Origin: an uncultured delta proteobacterium
Lineage (GTDB): Bacteria; Myxococcota_A; Polyangia; Palsa-1104
NCBI GenBank assembly: GCA_963816965.1
Contig: CAWFMP010000002.1
Location: 3,796,313-3,860,312 of the forward strand
DNA: 64,000 nt
Direction: 5' to 3'
The notes beneath the pieces are model-generated. The model had not been told where the DNA came from. It was given only the letters and a program-made list of their open reading frames with translations, and did no database searches. Below are positions 1-10,468 of this stretch, one piece after another (position 1 is the first letter of the stretch; each line of letters starts with the position of its first letter). Made by a program: the position numbers and the translations under genes.

Positions 1-838
1 GGGGAGACTGCGCGCCGCCGGAGGGGGACGGCGGCGTACTGCCATTCGGCGGCGTCGTGCCGCCGGAATTACCAAAGCCGGGATCCGCTGCCTGGACGTA
101 GCCGTCGATCCAGGCGGCCATCGCGTCGACGCGCGTGTCGTAACCGCCCATGTTGCAGTTGACGTCGCCGTAGGAGGTCAGGCCGACGATCGTCTCCCTA
201 CCGCCGAGGGTCATGAACGCGGGGCCGCCCGAGTCGCCGTTGCAGGTCTCGTGCGTGCCGTCGGCGAAGTGGACGAGCAGCGCAGTGTGGTCGCTGAGCG
301 TGGTGGTGGTCGTGCGTTTGACGCCGGCGCCGGTCTGCGCGGCGGCGTTGTCGAGGCCGTAGCCGACGAAGCGCACCGGCTGGCCGTCGAAGCCGCTGTC
401 CATCGACGTGCGGTTGAAGGGCAGCGGCACCACCGTCGCCGGCAGCGCGTTGGCCAGGATGGCGACGCCGACGTCGTTGCCGCCGGTCAGGTTGTTGACG
501 TCGAACTTCGGGTTGTAGTGCGCTTCCTTGACGGCGAGCAGATCGGCGGCGGTCGCCTTGGAGAAATCGGGACCGGGATAGACGCGCCAGGTGGCGTTGG
601 TGACCGTCGGGTCTTCGCCGCCGGTGCAGTGCGCGGCGGTGAGCACGACGTGCGGCGAGATCACCTCGCCGGTGCACAGCGAGCCGCCCTGCTGTCCGGG
701 GATGGTCATATAGAGGAGCACGACTGCGCTGTCCGCCGTGTCCGTGGTGCCGCCGATGATCTCCTGCTCGAGCGCACCCGGGCCTGCCGCCGCCCCGGTG
801 CAGCCGGCGAGCGCGAGGGACAAGGCGAAGGCTGACAT
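1..838 (-). CDS. Secreted trypsin-like serine protease (S1 family), partial; C-terminus runs off the window start
   Basis: Own translation of minus strand from ATG at 838: MSAFALSLALAGC..., then IIGG, TAAHC and GDSGGP motifs in correct order (His/Ser catalytic context); not in ORF track because it has no stop inside window. Confidence 0.8.
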   Translation of the reverse strand, partial: MSAFALSLALAGCTGAAAGPGALEQEIIGGTTDTADSAVVLLYMTIPGQQGGSLCTGEVISPHVVLTAAHCTGGEDPTVTNATWRVYPGPDFSKATAADLLAVKEAHYNPKFDVNNLTGGNDVGVAILANALPATVVPLPFNRTSMDSGFDGQPVRFVGYGLDNAAAQTGAGVKRTTTTTLSDHTALLVHFADGTHETCNGDSGGPAFMTLGGRETIVGLTSYGDVNCNMGGYDTRVDAMAAWIDGYVQAADPGFGNSGGTTPPNGSTPPSPSGGAQSP

Positions 839-1040
839 GCGCACGCTGCCGGACCTCAGCAAGGGTCAGGCCGTGTTGACACGAACGCCGTTCCACACAC
901 TTACCTACGCTGAACGCGCGTCGGAGGGGCCGCGGCAGGGGCCTCGACCCTCCGCAAGGGGGGGAAGCCCCTCCGACCACGAATGGTTGCGACCACTGAC
1001 GTTGACGCGCATCTGCGCGAGTGTGGCAAGGTATCGGGGC

Positions 1041-2162
1041 ATGCTCGGCCGTTGCCTCGTGGTCGCGATCGCGCTCGTTTGTGGCTGCGGCGCCGAGCCG
1101 GGCGCGGCGCCCGACATGGCGCGCGGCCCGATGGAGCATCCGCCGCTGTGGCGCCTGGCGTCGGGCACCATCCCGGTGCAGGCGGCGCCCGAGGTCTGGC
1201 CGGTGGTCTGGCAAGGCGACGAGGCGATCGGCGCCGCGGCCGCCGACTTTCTCGGCTGGATGCTGCAGAGCGACTACTTTCGCTCGTCGCTCGGCGAATA
1301 CGGCATCGGCGCCGGCGTGGCCCACGGGCTGATCGTCGTTCCATCGCCGCCGCCGGCCACGCTCAGCGACGAGGAGCTCGGCGCGCTGTCGACCGCGCTC
1401 GTCGCCAGCGGCCAGATCACGCGCAGCGACAACACGCAGGTTGCGTTCCTGGTGTCGCCCAATACGGCGGTGACGGCGGGCGGCGCGGCCGGCTGCGACG
1501 TCTTCGCGGGCTACCACTCGCACGGCGGGGGCTCGCCCGACGCCGTCGCCTACTCGGTCGCGCTGCGCTGCGAGGGCGAGGCCGGTCAGCCGATCGATCA
1601 GCTCACCCGCGTCCTCAGCCACGAAGTCGCCGAGGCGGCGAGCGACCCGGCGCCGAGCGCGGGCCTGGTCGACAAGAGCCCGGGCGGGCAGGAGATCGCG
1701 GATCTGTGCAACTTCGGTCAGGCGCTGCCGGTCGACGTGCCGCCCGATGCCACGCACGCCGCCCCGCGACGCTACTGGGTGCAGCGGCTCTACTCGGACG
1801 CGCGCGCGGCCGACGGCACAATCGATCCGTGCGTGCCGCTGGGCTGGGATCGCCCCTACTGGAACGTCGCGCTCGATCCGCCGCTGCTGGTGGCGGCCCC
1901 CAGCTCGACGAGCCCGCTTTCGGCGCGGCTCGACGTGTTTGCCTATGGGGATGTCGGGCTCATCCGCTGGTTCGCCTCGAGCGACGGCGCCGAGGTCGAG
2001 CCCGCTGGCGGCGAGGCGCACGCCGGCGACACCATCGCCGTGACGGTCACGCCGACGCAGGGGCTTCATGCGGGGCAGGCGGTGGAGATCGACATCCTGT
2101 CGGAGTCCCAGAAGGCGGGCTCGCAGATCTGGTTCGCCTACGTCCAGGCGCAGGCGAAGTGA
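1041..2162 (+). CDS. Hypothetical lipoprotein (signal peptide + LVCGCG lipobox)
   Basis: In-frame part of track ORF 738..2162; internal start MLGRCLVVAIALVCGCG at 1041 gives typical lipoprotein signal; no recognisable catalytic family. Confidence 0.55.
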   Translation: MLGRCLVVAIALVCGCGAEPGAAPDMARGPMEHPPLWRLASGTIPVQAAPEVWPVVWQGDEAIGAAAADFLGWMLQSDYFRSSLGEYGIGAGVAHGLIVVPSPPPATLSDEELGALSTALVASGQITRSDNTQVAFLVSPNTAVTAGGAAGCDVFAGYHSHGGGSPDAVAYSVALRCEGEAGQPIDQLTRVLSHEVAEAASDPAPSAGLVDKSPGGQEIADLCNFGQALPVDVPPDATHAAPRRYWVQRLYSDARAADGTIDPCVPLGWDRPYWNVALDPPLLVAAPSSTSPLSARLDVFAYGDVGLIRWFASSDGAEVEPAGGEAHAGDTIAVTVTPTQGLHAGQAVEIDILSESQKAGSQIWFAYVQAQAK

Positions 2163-2165
2163 GGA

Positions 2166-5100
2166 TCAGACGTCGAGCGGCAACAGCCAGGGGGCGCGCC
2201 AGCGCCGGGGCGTGAACTTGCGCTCGGCCGACATCGCGTTGGCCTCGGCATACAAGGCGTTGCGACGCGGATCCGACGGCGGCAAGACATCGAGCAGATC
2301 CTCGAGCAGTCGCATGCGGAAGCAGGGGATGGCGCGGGCCCGCGAGCGCTCCTCGGCGAGCGTGAGCAGCGCCAGCCCCTCGTCGTGGCGGCCGAGCGCG
2401 AGCGCGACCACGGCCCGATCGTGGAGCAGGCGCGCCGCGAACAGCGGCGGCTCGAGCGCGGGCGTCTGCTTGAGCGCCCGCTCGGCCTCCTCGACCAGCG
2501 TGCGCGCGGCATCGTGCTGGCCGATGCGCGCCAGCCGGTTGGCCTCGGCGAGGAAGGCGCGGGTCACCCCGTCGGCGCACTCGAACGCGCCGGTCGTCGG
2601 CGACAGCGCCCCGCGGCGGATGCGCGGCAGCATGGTGCGCGCCAGCCGCGCCGCCGCCTCGGTGTCGCCGTCGAGCAGCTTCATCTCGACCAGCTGATAG
2701 GTGAACAGCGAGCGGTGCGTCCAGGGCAGCTCGGCCGGATCGACGCTCTCGACATCGGCGAGCAGGCGCCACGCGGTCTCCTTGTCGCCGCGCATGCGCT
2801 CGATGTAGGCCAGGCGCACGATGTCGAGCGGCGTCAGCGCCTCGCCGCGGTGCGCGGCGCTGCGCGACACGTCGGTGACGAACTTGTCGTACTCGCCGGC
2901 GAGGAAGAACGCGTTCTGCCGCTGCAGCGCCAGGTAGCCCGCCTTGGCGATGCGCAGCTCGGTAAACTCGTCCCACCACCGGATCGAGCGATCGGGGCGG
3001 CCCGAGACCATCTCGTACAGCGCGCGCATCAGCGGCAGCCACATGCGCGCGCGATCTCCAGCGACGCGCGCCGCGCCCTCCTCGAGGGCGTCGAAGTGCG
3101 CCTGCACGCGGCGGTCGATGCGCCCGCCCAGGTGCGCGAACGGCAATAGCAGGATCAGCGAGACCGCTTCGGCCTCCTGCCTCACCTCGGGCGAGGGCGA
3201 GCGCGCTCCGAGAAGGCGATAGCGCAGCGCGAACTCGAGCTGCTCCAGGTTGCGCGAGGTGAACTGATAGTGCGGGATGGCCATCGAATAGGTGAACAGC
3301 CGCACGGTGGTCTCCGGATCGTCCGCCGGCCGCGGCGGCTTCTTCACCAGGCCCCCGAAGATGACGCGGACGAGCAGCCACACCACCGACAAGAGCCGCA
3401 GGATCCGCGGGCGCGCCGGCGAGTGGCCCAGCGCCGCCAGCACCTCCTGCGAGAGCACGCCCGACGCCTCGAGATCCCCGTCGACCATGAGGCAGTTGGC
3501 GAGGTGCGTCTGGTTCCACAAGCGGTCGATCGGCGGCAGCTCGGCTGCTTGCAGCCCCTGCCGGTAGTGCTCGATGGCGTCGCGGAAGCGGCCGGCGCCT
3601 TCGAGCGAGTGCGCCAGGCGCAAGCGCAGGTAGGCTGCCTTCGCCGGCTCCTTGCAGTGGCGCAGCGCCAGTTGGTAGAGATCGACCGCGCGCGCGTGGG
3701 CGAGCTTGCGCAGCGCCGAGTCGGCGGCGGCCTCCGCGTGCGCGGCGGCGCGCGCCTCTTGCCCGGCCAGGAGCAGCTCGCGCACCAGCGACTCGGCGTC
3801 CTCCGGGCGCAGCTGGGCGATGGTCTCGGCGAGGCGGCGGTGCAGGATGCGCGTGCGCGGCTCGGGGATCTCGGCCTTGATCGCCTCGCGGATCCGGTTG
3901 TGGTAGAAGTCGTAGCGCTCGTCGCCCAGCGAGGTGCCGCGGCGGCTCGATTCGCGCAGGATCTTGAGCCCGCACAGGCGGCGTAGCCCGGCGCCTTCCA
4001 GCGAGAGCGCGCGCGAGTCTTCCATCAGCGCCGCGCGCAAGAGCTCGGCGTCGATGGGCCCCGGCGTGATTGCCGCCAGCTCGACCAGCGCCATCTCGTC
4101 GACGTTGAGGATCGACAAGCGGCGGCGCACGACCATCGACACCGTCGGGACCTCGAGCTCGGGGTGCTCCGAGTGCAGCCGCGCCAGCTCGACCAGGAGG
4201 AACGGGTTGCCGGCCGCCTCCTTGCCGATCTGCTCCACGGCGGCCGGCACGAACTCGGCCGACTTCTGCAGCGCGCTCTCGACCACGCGCGCGCCGTCCT
4301 CGGCACAAAGAGGGCCCAGCCACAGCTGCGTCAGCACCTCGTCACCGCCGGGGCGGCGCAGGGTGCGCAGGAAGCGATCGAGCGCCTCGCCGTCCGATTC
4401 GCCCGGTGGCCAGGCGGTCGCCATGACGAACAGGCCGGGCGCGGCGGGCGCGTGCAACAGGTAGGCGAGCAGCGCCAGCGAGTCTTCGTCCGCCCAGTGC
4501 AGGTCGTCGAGCAGCAGCACCAGCGGGCGGTGCGCGGCGACGCGCCCGACGAGCCGTTTGACCACGGCGAAGGCGCGCTCGCGATCGACCTCGGCGGGGA
4601 GCGACTCGATGGCCTCGGCGGTCGCCAGCTCGCGCAGGACCGGGAACAGCCGCGCCAGCAGGGCCAGATCGTCGCCGATGGCCTCGGCGAGCGACGCCTT
4701 GCCGAGCTCGCCCTTCTGCACGGCGCGCTCGAGCAGCGCAGCGGCGCCGTCGACGACCTGATCGAACGCGTTGTAGGTGACCGCTTCGTGCTCGCGGCAC
4801 GCACCGCGCAGGACGATGCAGCCGGCGTCGCGCGCCTCGTCGAGGATCGCCTCGGCCAGGGCGCTCTTGCCGATGCCCGACTCGCCGGAGATGAGCGCCA
4901 TGTGGCAGGTGGCGTGGCGCGTCCGCTCCAGCAGATCGACGAGGACGGCGCGCTCGGTGGCGCGGCCGACGATGCCGCCGTCGGTGAGCGCGGGAAACTG
5001 GTTCGACCCCCACTCGCGCGCGCGGTGCCGCGCCGGCGTCGCCGGCGCGCCGCACGCCTCGAGCGCCTGGCGGGCGGCGCGCGGCGAGGCGAAGCGCTCC

Positions 5101-5927
5101 TCGGGACGCTTGGCCAAAAGGCGCAGCACCCACAGCTCGAGATCGGGCGGGACCCCCTCGACGCGGTCGGAGGGGGGCAGCGGGTGTTGATAGCGCTGCG
5201 CGTTCAGCACCTGCCGCTGCGGTCCGGAAAGTGGCGGCTCGCCGCAGAGCATCTCGTAGACGACGGTGCCGAGCGCGTAGAGGTCGCTGCGCGCGTCGAG
5301 CGGGCGGCCGTCGATCTGCTCGGGGCTCATGTAGGTCGGCGTGCCGGCGAGCATGGCGTCGGAGAAGTCGGGCGTGTCGGCGGCCCCGGCGAGGCCGAAG
5401 TCGAGAATCTTCACGTGGCCGCGATCGGAGATCATGATGTTCGACGGCTTGAGGTCGCGGTGCACGATGCCGGCGGTGGCCAGGCACTCGAGCGCGTCGA
5501 GGATCTGCGCACAGGCGGCATAGAGGCGCCCGAGGTTGCAGCCGCTCTGGGTACGGGCGTAGCGGCGCAGGTCGACGCCCGGCGCCAGCTCCATGACGAA
5601 GTAGGAGCAGTCGTCGGCGATGACCAGGTCGAACAGGCTGACCAGGTTCGGGTGCGCCAGCCGCGAGGCGAGGCGGTACTCGTTCTTGAAGCGGAGCAGC
5701 CCCTCGCGCCGCGACGCCAGCGTCTTGATGGCGACGCGCTCGGCGGTCTCGAGGTGCACCGCCTCGTAGACGACGCCCATGCCGCCGCGGCCGATCTCGC
5801 CGACCACGCGATAGCGCGAGTCGGACGCGACCGAGCGGGGCAGCCCGGGGATACCGGGCTGCTCCCCCGCGACAGGAATCGCCGCGGAAGAGTTGGTGGG
5901 CGGGACCACGCTCATGGCGCAATGCAA
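2166..5927 (-). CDS. Ser/Thr protein kinase fused to STAND/AAA NTPase and TPR-like C-terminal region
   Basis: 1253-aa ORF; kinase subdomain motifs HRDLKPSN, DFG, APE-like; downstream Walker A GESGIGKS; long helical repeat C-terminus; convergent with 1041..2162. Confidence 0.85.
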   Translation of the reverse strand: MHCAMSVVPPTNSSAAIPVAGEQPGIPGLPRSVASDSRYRVVGEIGRGGMGVVYEAVHLETAERVAIKTLASRREGLLRFKNEYRLASRLAHPNLVSLFDLVIADDCSYFVMELAPGVDLRRYARTQSGCNLGRLYAACAQILDALECLATAGIVHRDLKPSNIMISDRGHVKILDFGLAGAADTPDFSDAMLAGTPTYMSPEQIDGRPLDARSDLYALGTVVYEMLCGEPPLSGPQRQVLNAQRYQHPLPPSDRVEGVPPDLELWVLRLLAKRPEERFASPRAARQALEACGAPATPARHRAREWGSNQFPALTDGGIVGRATERAVLVDLLERTRHATCHMALISGESGIGKSALAEAILDEARDAGCIVLRGACREHEAVTYNAFDQVVDGAAALLERAVQKGELGKASLAEAIGDDLALLARLFPVLRELATAEAIESLPAEVDRERAFAVVKRLVGRVAAHRPLVLLLDDLHWADEDSLALLAYLLHAPAAPGLFVMATAWPPGESDGEALDRFLRTLRRPGGDEVLTQLWLGPLCAEDGARVVESALQKSAEFVPAAVEQIGKEAAGNPFLLVELARLHSEHPELEVPTVSMVVRRRLSILNVDEMALVELAAITPGPIDAELLRAALMEDSRALSLEGAGLRRLCGLKILRESSRRGTSLGDERYDFYHNRIREAIKAEIPEPRTRILHRRLAETIAQLRPEDAESLVRELLLAGQEARAAAHAEAAADSALRKLAHARAVDLYQLALRHCKEPAKAAYLRLRLAHSLEGAGRFRDAIEHYRQGLQAAELPPIDRLWNQTHLANCLMVDGDLEASGVLSQEVLAALGHSPARPRILRLLSVVWLLVRVIFGGLVKKPPRPADDPETTVRLFTYSMAIPHYQFTSRNLEQLEFALRYRLLGARSPSPEVRQEAEAVSLILLLPFAHLGGRIDRRVQAHFDALEEGAARVAGDRARMWLPLMRALYEMVSGRPDRSIRWWDEFTELRIAKAGYLALQRQNAFFLAGEYDKFVTDVSRSAAHRGEALTPLDIVRLAYIERMRGDKETAWRLLADVESVDPAELPWTHRSLFTYQLVEMKLLDGDTEAAARLARTMLPRIRRGALSPTTGAFECADGVTRAFLAEANRLARIGQHDAARTLVEEAERALKQTPALEPPLFAARLLHDRAVVALALGRHDEGLALLTLAEERSRARAIPCFRMRLLEDLLDVLPPSDPRRNALYAEANAMSAERKFTPRRWRAPWLLPLDV

Positions 5928-6067
5928 ACCTGGCGCCCAATTATTGTAAAGTCAAATCAGTTGCTTACGGCGGGGTCTCGAAAGCCCTTGGGGAGTCTGG
6001 CCCCAGGTGCGTCGACCCCTGTGCAGTCGGACTGGGACGCGTGCGGCGGCAGTGCTAGGTTGCGCGC
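5928..6067. promoter_or_regulatory. Divergent promoter region between kinase-STAND gene and ANL-like gene
   Basis: 140-bp non-coding gap between divergently oriented starts; contains AT-richer stretch CCCAATTATTGTAAAGTCAAATCAG. Confidence 0.3.
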
Positions 6068-7267
6068 GTGCTGAGCTTCATCGCCGAGCGGGCCGCCGAG
6101 GATGCGCCGGCGCTGGTGCGTCCGGGCGGCGAGCAGATGACCTACGCGACGCTGGCGATGGCTTCGTCGGCGGTGATGCAGGCGCTCGGCGCGCGCGTGG
6201 GCGATGTGGCGCGCCGAATCATCGGCGTCGCCGTCGACGACGGGGCCGGCTTTGTCGCCAGCGTGCTGGCGGTGCTGGAGGCGGGCGGCGTGGTGCTGCC
6301 GCTCGATCCGCGGCGCGGGACGGCGGCGCTGGAAGTCGAGGCGGCTCGGGCCCGCGCGCTCGCGGTCGTCGTCGGTGACGCGGCCGACGATCGGCTCGAC
6401 GTCGTCGCGGTCGACCCGAGCCGGCGCGAGCTCGGCGCCGAGGCCTGCCTGCTCGTCGACGCCGGCGGGCGGCGCGCGCTGCACTCGCGCGCCGGGCTCG
6501 GCATCGCCGTCGACGCGATCGGGCGCCAGGTCGGGCTCGAGGCGTCGTCGCGGCTGCCGCTCTTCGGGCCTCTCGGACAGGCCTCGGTACTGACGACCGC
6601 GCTGGCGACGCTGCGCGCGGGCGGCGCGCTGCTGCTCGTCGGCGCGCTCGCGCCCGCGGACCAGGCGCGCGCGATGGCCGAGCTCGGCGCCAACGTCCTG
6701 TCGGGCAGCATGCCGGCGCTGCTGTCGATCGCGGGCGCAGCGGTCGGGCGCGTCGTCGTCGTCGGTGCGGGCGAGGCGGCGCGGCTGCAGGATCGGTTCG
6801 TCGGGGCCCGGATCGCGCGCGCTCTCGACACCGGCGAAGCGCTGCGGGTCGCCGCCGCCGAGGGCGACGCCGCGTGGAGCCCGCTGGCGGGGGCGGAGCT
6901 GCGCCGCGACGGCGACCTCCTCGAGGTGCACGCGCCGACGATGATGCTCGGCTACCTCGACGACGCCGAGGCGACGGCCGCGGCGTTCGTCGAGCGCGAC
7001 GGCCGGCGCTGGGTGCGCGCCTACGACGTCGATCGCGTCGACACGGCGGCGCTCGAGCGGGCGATCGCCGCCACGCCGGGCGTGCGCGAGGCGGCGGTGT
7101 TGGCGGTGCGCGACGGCGCCGGAGAGCGGATCTACGCCTTCGTGGCCGGAGAGGGCCGCGCGGTGCCGCGCCATCCGGCGCGCGTGGTCACGCTCGAGTC
7201 GCTCCCCCATGGCAGCGACGGCGCCGTGGACCGCGAGGCGCTGCGCCGCATGGCCAGCGCCGATTGA
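6068..7267 (+). CDS. Hypothetical protein, weak resemblance to ANL (AMP-binding) adenylate-forming enzymes
   Basis: 399-aa ORF; N-terminus resembles ANL substrate-binding start (…PALVRPGG…TYATL…); canonical P-loop motif not seen. Confidence 0.4.
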   Translation: MLSFIAERAAEDAPALVRPGGEQMTYATLAMASSAVMQALGARVGDVARRIIGVAVDDGAGFVASVLAVLEAGGVVLPLDPRRGTAALEVEAARARALAVVVGDAADDRLDVVAVDPSRRELGAEACLLVDAGGRRALHSRAGLGIAVDAIGRQVGLEASSRLPLFGPLGQASVLTTALATLRAGGALLLVGALAPADQARAMAELGANVLSGSMPALLSIAGAAVGRVVVVGAGEAARLQDRFVGARIARALDTGEALRVAAAEGDAAWSPLAGAELRRDGDLLEVHAPTMMLGYLDDAEATAAAFVERDGRRWVRAYDVDRVDTAALERAIAATPGVREAAVLAVRDGAGERIYAFVAGEGRAVPRHPARVVTLESLPHGSDGAVDREALRRMASAD

Positions 7268-7282
7268 TCGGCTGGCCGCTCG

Positions 7283-7486
7283 CTACGGGAGCGGCTCGTT
7301 CGGTGGGGTGGCGGGCGCTTTGTCGGCTGGCCGTTCGCCGCGCGCCGTGTCGTAGTCGCCCTTGTTGGTCGCGCGCTCCGATCTCCACTGGGGGTAATCG
7401 GCGCTCTTCTGTTCGGATGACGCGCAGCCCCAACCGGACAGTGCCAAAAGCGAGACGGCCCCGAGACCAAGCAGCATGCGCTTCAT
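7283..7486 (-). CDS. Small hypothetical lipoprotein
   Basis: Internal start MKRMLLGLGAVSLLALSGWGCASS within track ORF 7283..7558; signal peptide plus Cys. Confidence 0.4.
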   Translation of the reverse strand: MKRMLLGLGAVSLLALSGWGCASSEQKSADYPQWRSERATNKGDYDTARGERPADKAPATPPNEPLP

Positions 7487-7581
7487 GAGCTCCTCCTCCT
7501 CGGTCCGGCCAATTTGCACGCACTGCGCCAAGCAGCGGCCGTCACGTGGCGTGTGCACGCGTTTTGCGGTACACGACGGTC

Positions 7582-8283
7582 ATGGCGCTGGTCTTCGAGC
7601 AGCTGTTCGATCCCGAATCTTCGACCTATACGTACCTCCTCGGTGACGACGAGGCGCACGTGGCCGCGCTCATCGATCCGGTTGTCGAAGAGGTCGAGCG
7701 CGATCTCGCTCGCGTCGCCGCGCACGGCCTCCGCCTCGTCTACACGATCGAGACCCACGTGCACGCCGATCACGTCACGGGCGGCGGCGAGCTGACCGCG
7801 CGCACCGGATCGAAGCCGGTCGTGCACCGCGACAGCCCGGTGGTGTGCGAAGCGGTGCGCCTGGGCCAGGGCGATCGGCTGCGCCTGGGCAAGCTGGAGC
7901 TCGAGGTGCTCGAGACGCCGGGCCACACGCCGGAGTCGCTCAGCTTCGTCCTCGGCGACCGCGTGTTCACCGGCGACGCCCTGCTCATCGGCACCTGTGG
8001 CCGCACCGACTTTCAGGGCGGCGACGCCGGGGCGCTCTACGACAGCATCCACGCGCGCCTGTTCACGCTGCCCGAGGCCACCCAGGTCTTTCCCGCGCAC
8101 GACTATCAGGGGCACACCTCGTCGACGATCGGCGAGGAGAAGCGCGGCAACCGCCGCATCGCCACAAGGACGCGCGACGAGTTCATCACGCTGATGAACG
8201 GCCTCGGTCTGCCGCCGCCCAAGAAGATCGACGTCGCGCTGCCGGCCAACCTCGGCTGCGGACGGCCGCCACAGGCGCACTGA
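7582..8283 (+). CDS. MBL-fold metallo-hydrolase (hydroxyacylglutathione hydrolase / ETHE1-like)
   Basis: THVHADH (HxHxDH) zinc motif, later His/Asp ligands; start MALVFEQL inside track ORF 7546..8283. Confidence 0.75.
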   Translation: MALVFEQLFDPESSTYTYLLGDDEAHVAALIDPVVEEVERDLARVAAHGLRLVYTIETHVHADHVTGGGELTARTGSKPVVHRDSPVVCEAVRLGQGDRLRLGKLELEVLETPGHTPESLSFVLGDRVFTGDALLIGTCGRTDFQGGDAGALYDSIHARLFTLPEATQVFPAHDYQGHTSSTIGEEKRGNRRIATRTRDEFITLMNGLGLPPPKKIDVALPANLGCGRPPQAH

Positions 8284-8321
8284 CCGCTCGCCATCGATCT
8301 GCGATACAGTCGTCGATCTCC

Positions 8322-10460
8322 ATGCCCCGCGATCTTCCGATCGGCAACGAGCGTCTGCTGGTGATGTTCGACGACGACTACGTCGTGCGCGATCTCTATT
8401 ATCCCAACGTCGGCAAGGAGAACCACGCCGGCGGCTACCCGTTCCGCTTCGGCCTCTTCGTCGACGGCAAGTTCTCCTGGGTGCGGCGCGACACGGGCTG
8501 GAAGATCGAGTCGCGCTACGAGCGCGACACGCTGGTCACCGACGTCGTCTGCACGCACGACGAGCTCGGCCTGGTGCTGCACTGCAGCGACTGCGTCGAT
8601 TTTCACGAGACGCTGCTGGTGCGCAAGGTGCGCGTCGTCAACCGCGCCGCCGGCGAGCGCGAGGTGCGCCTCTACTGGCACCACGACTTTCGCATCTCGG
8701 AGTCGGACGTCGGCGACACCGCGGCCTACGATCCGGCGACCAAGACGGTCACCCACTATAAGGGCTGGCGTTACTTCCTCGCCAACGTGCTGGTCGACGG
8801 GCGCGCCGGCATCGAGCGCTTCGCCATCGGGCAGAAGGGCGCCCCTGGTCGCGAGGGCACCTGGCGCGACGCCGAGGACGACGGCAACCTCGGCATGAAC
8901 CCGATCGCGCAGGGCGCCGTCGATAGCGTGGTGTCGGCGACGACGCGCGTGGGCGGCAACGGCGGCGAAGGCGTCGTCTACTACTGGCTGTGCGTGGCCA
9001 AGGCGTGGCAGGACGCGTGGGACGCCGCCAAGGAGCTGAACGCCAAGGTCGTGCAGCGCGGGCCCGAGTCGTTCATCGAGCGCACGCGGGCGTGGTGGAA
9101 GCTGTGGGTGGGCAAGGAGCCGACCGAGTTCTTCGGGCTGCCGCCCTCGCTGATCGACCTGTACAAGCGGTCGCTGCTCATCATCGCCACGCAGATCGAC
9201 GAGGGCGGCGGGATCATCGCGGCCAACGACTCCGACATCATCCACTTCGCGCGCGACACCTATTCGTACGTCTGGCCGCGCGACGGCGCGCTCGTCGCCC
9301 ACGCGCTCGACATGGCCGGCTATCCGGAGAAGTCGCTCAAGTTCTTTCAGTTCTGCGCCGACGTCATCACCCGCGACGGCTACCTCCTGCACAAGTACAA
9401 CCCGGACAAGTCGCTGGCTTCGTCCTGGCATCCCTGGATCGCGCTACAGGCGATGCCGCCGTCGGGCACGCAGGCCGACATCAAGCTCGGGCGCCCGCAG
9501 TTGCCGATCCAGGAGGACGAGACGGCGCTGGTGGTGTGGGCGATGTGGCGCCACTTTTCGCGCTACCGCGACATCGACGCCATCAAGCCGCTCTACGGGC
9601 GCCTGATCCGCCGCGCCGCCGAGTTCATGGTCGCCTACCGCGAGCCGCACACGCGGCTGCCGGCGCCCTCGTACGATCTGTGGGAAGAGCGGCGCGGCAT
9701 CCTGACCTTCACCTGCGCGGCGGTCTACGGCGGCCTGGTCGCCGCCGCCGAGTTCGCGCACGCGTTCGGCGACGCCGCGCACGCCGCGCGCTACGCCGAG
9801 GCGGCGCGCGAGATCCGCGCCGGCATGGACGCGCATCTGTGGCGTCCCGAGCTGGGCCGCTTCGCGCGCATGATCAACGTCGGCGACGACGGCGCCGTCA
9901 CCGTCGACGCCACCATCGACGCGTCGCTCTATGGCGCCTTCGCCTTCGGCGCCTACGCGCCCGACGATCCCCGCGTGATGGCGACGATGAAGGCGGTCCG
10001 CGATCGGCTGTGGTGCAAGACCGAGGTCGGCGGCGTGGCGCGCTACGAGGGCGACTACTACCACGCGGTCAGCCACGACCTCGCCAACGTGCCGGGCAAT
10101 CCGTGGTTCATCTGCACGATGTGGTTGGCGCTGCACGTCGTGCACAAGGCCAAGACCGTCGAGGAGCTGCAGGAGGCGGTGGAAATTCTCGAGTGGGTCG
10201 ACTCGCGCAAGCTGCCGTCGGGGGTTCTCGCCGAGCAGGTGAACCCTTATACCAATGCACCGATGTCGGTCTCGCCGCTGACCTGGAGCCATGCCACGGT
10301 GGTCGACGTAGTTCAGTCTTACCTGGAGAAGCGCGAAGCGGTCGAGCGCTGCCCGACCTGCGGCGGACCCAAACGGCGCAAGATCGAAGGCTACGAGCGC
10401 AGCGAGCCGTTGGGCGAGCTGTTGACGAAACCCGAACCGGATCTCACGCACAGCCACTGA
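8322..10460 (+). CDS. Glycoside hydrolase family 15 (glucoamylase/trehalase-like)
   Basis: 712-aa in-frame part of track ORF 7845..10460 starting MPRDLPIGNE; GH15-like catalytic region with YDLWEERRG and (alpha/alpha)6-barrel-like aromatic-rich sequence. Confidence 0.8.
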   Translation: MPRDLPIGNERLLVMFDDDYVVRDLYYPNVGKENHAGGYPFRFGLFVDGKFSWVRRDTGWKIESRYERDTLVTDVVCTHDELGLVLHCSDCVDFHETLLVRKVRVVNRAAGEREVRLYWHHDFRISESDVGDTAAYDPATKTVTHYKGWRYFLANVLVDGRAGIERFAIGQKGAPGREGTWRDAEDDGNLGMNPIAQGAVDSVVSATTRVGGNGGEGVVYYWLCVAKAWQDAWDAAKELNAKVVQRGPESFIERTRAWWKLWVGKEPTEFFGLPPSLIDLYKRSLLIIATQIDEGGGIIAANDSDIIHFARDTYSYVWPRDGALVAHALDMAGYPEKSLKFFQFCADVITRDGYLLHKYNPDKSLASSWHPWIALQAMPPSGTQADIKLGRPQLPIQEDETALVVWAMWRHFSRYRDIDAIKPLYGRLIRRAAEFMVAYREPHTRLPAPSYDLWEERRGILTFTCAAVYGGLVAAAEFAHAFGDAAHAARYAEAAREIRAGMDAHLWRPELGRFARMINVGDDGAVTVDATIDASLYGAFAFGAYAPDDPRVMATMKAVRDRLWCKTEVGGVARYEGDYYHAVSHDLANVPGNPWFICTMWLALHVVHKAKTVEELQEAVEILEWVDSRKLPSGVLAEQVNPYTNAPMSVSPLTWSHATVVDVVQSYLEKREAVERCPTCGGPKRRKIEGYERSEPLGELLTKPEPDLTHSH

Positions 10461-10468
10461 GGGCGGAC

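Noticed and set aside
198-2069. 623-aa minus-strand ORF at window start
   Set aside because: The real minus-strand gene here is the trypsin-like protease in a different frame (1..838). This ORF is Arg-rich antisense noise over the lipoprotein gene.
5957-7210. 417-aa minus ORF antisense to ANL-like gene
   Set aside because: Arg/Asp/Gly-rich noise. The plus-strand ORF has the more protein-like composition and an N-terminus resembling ANL enzymes.
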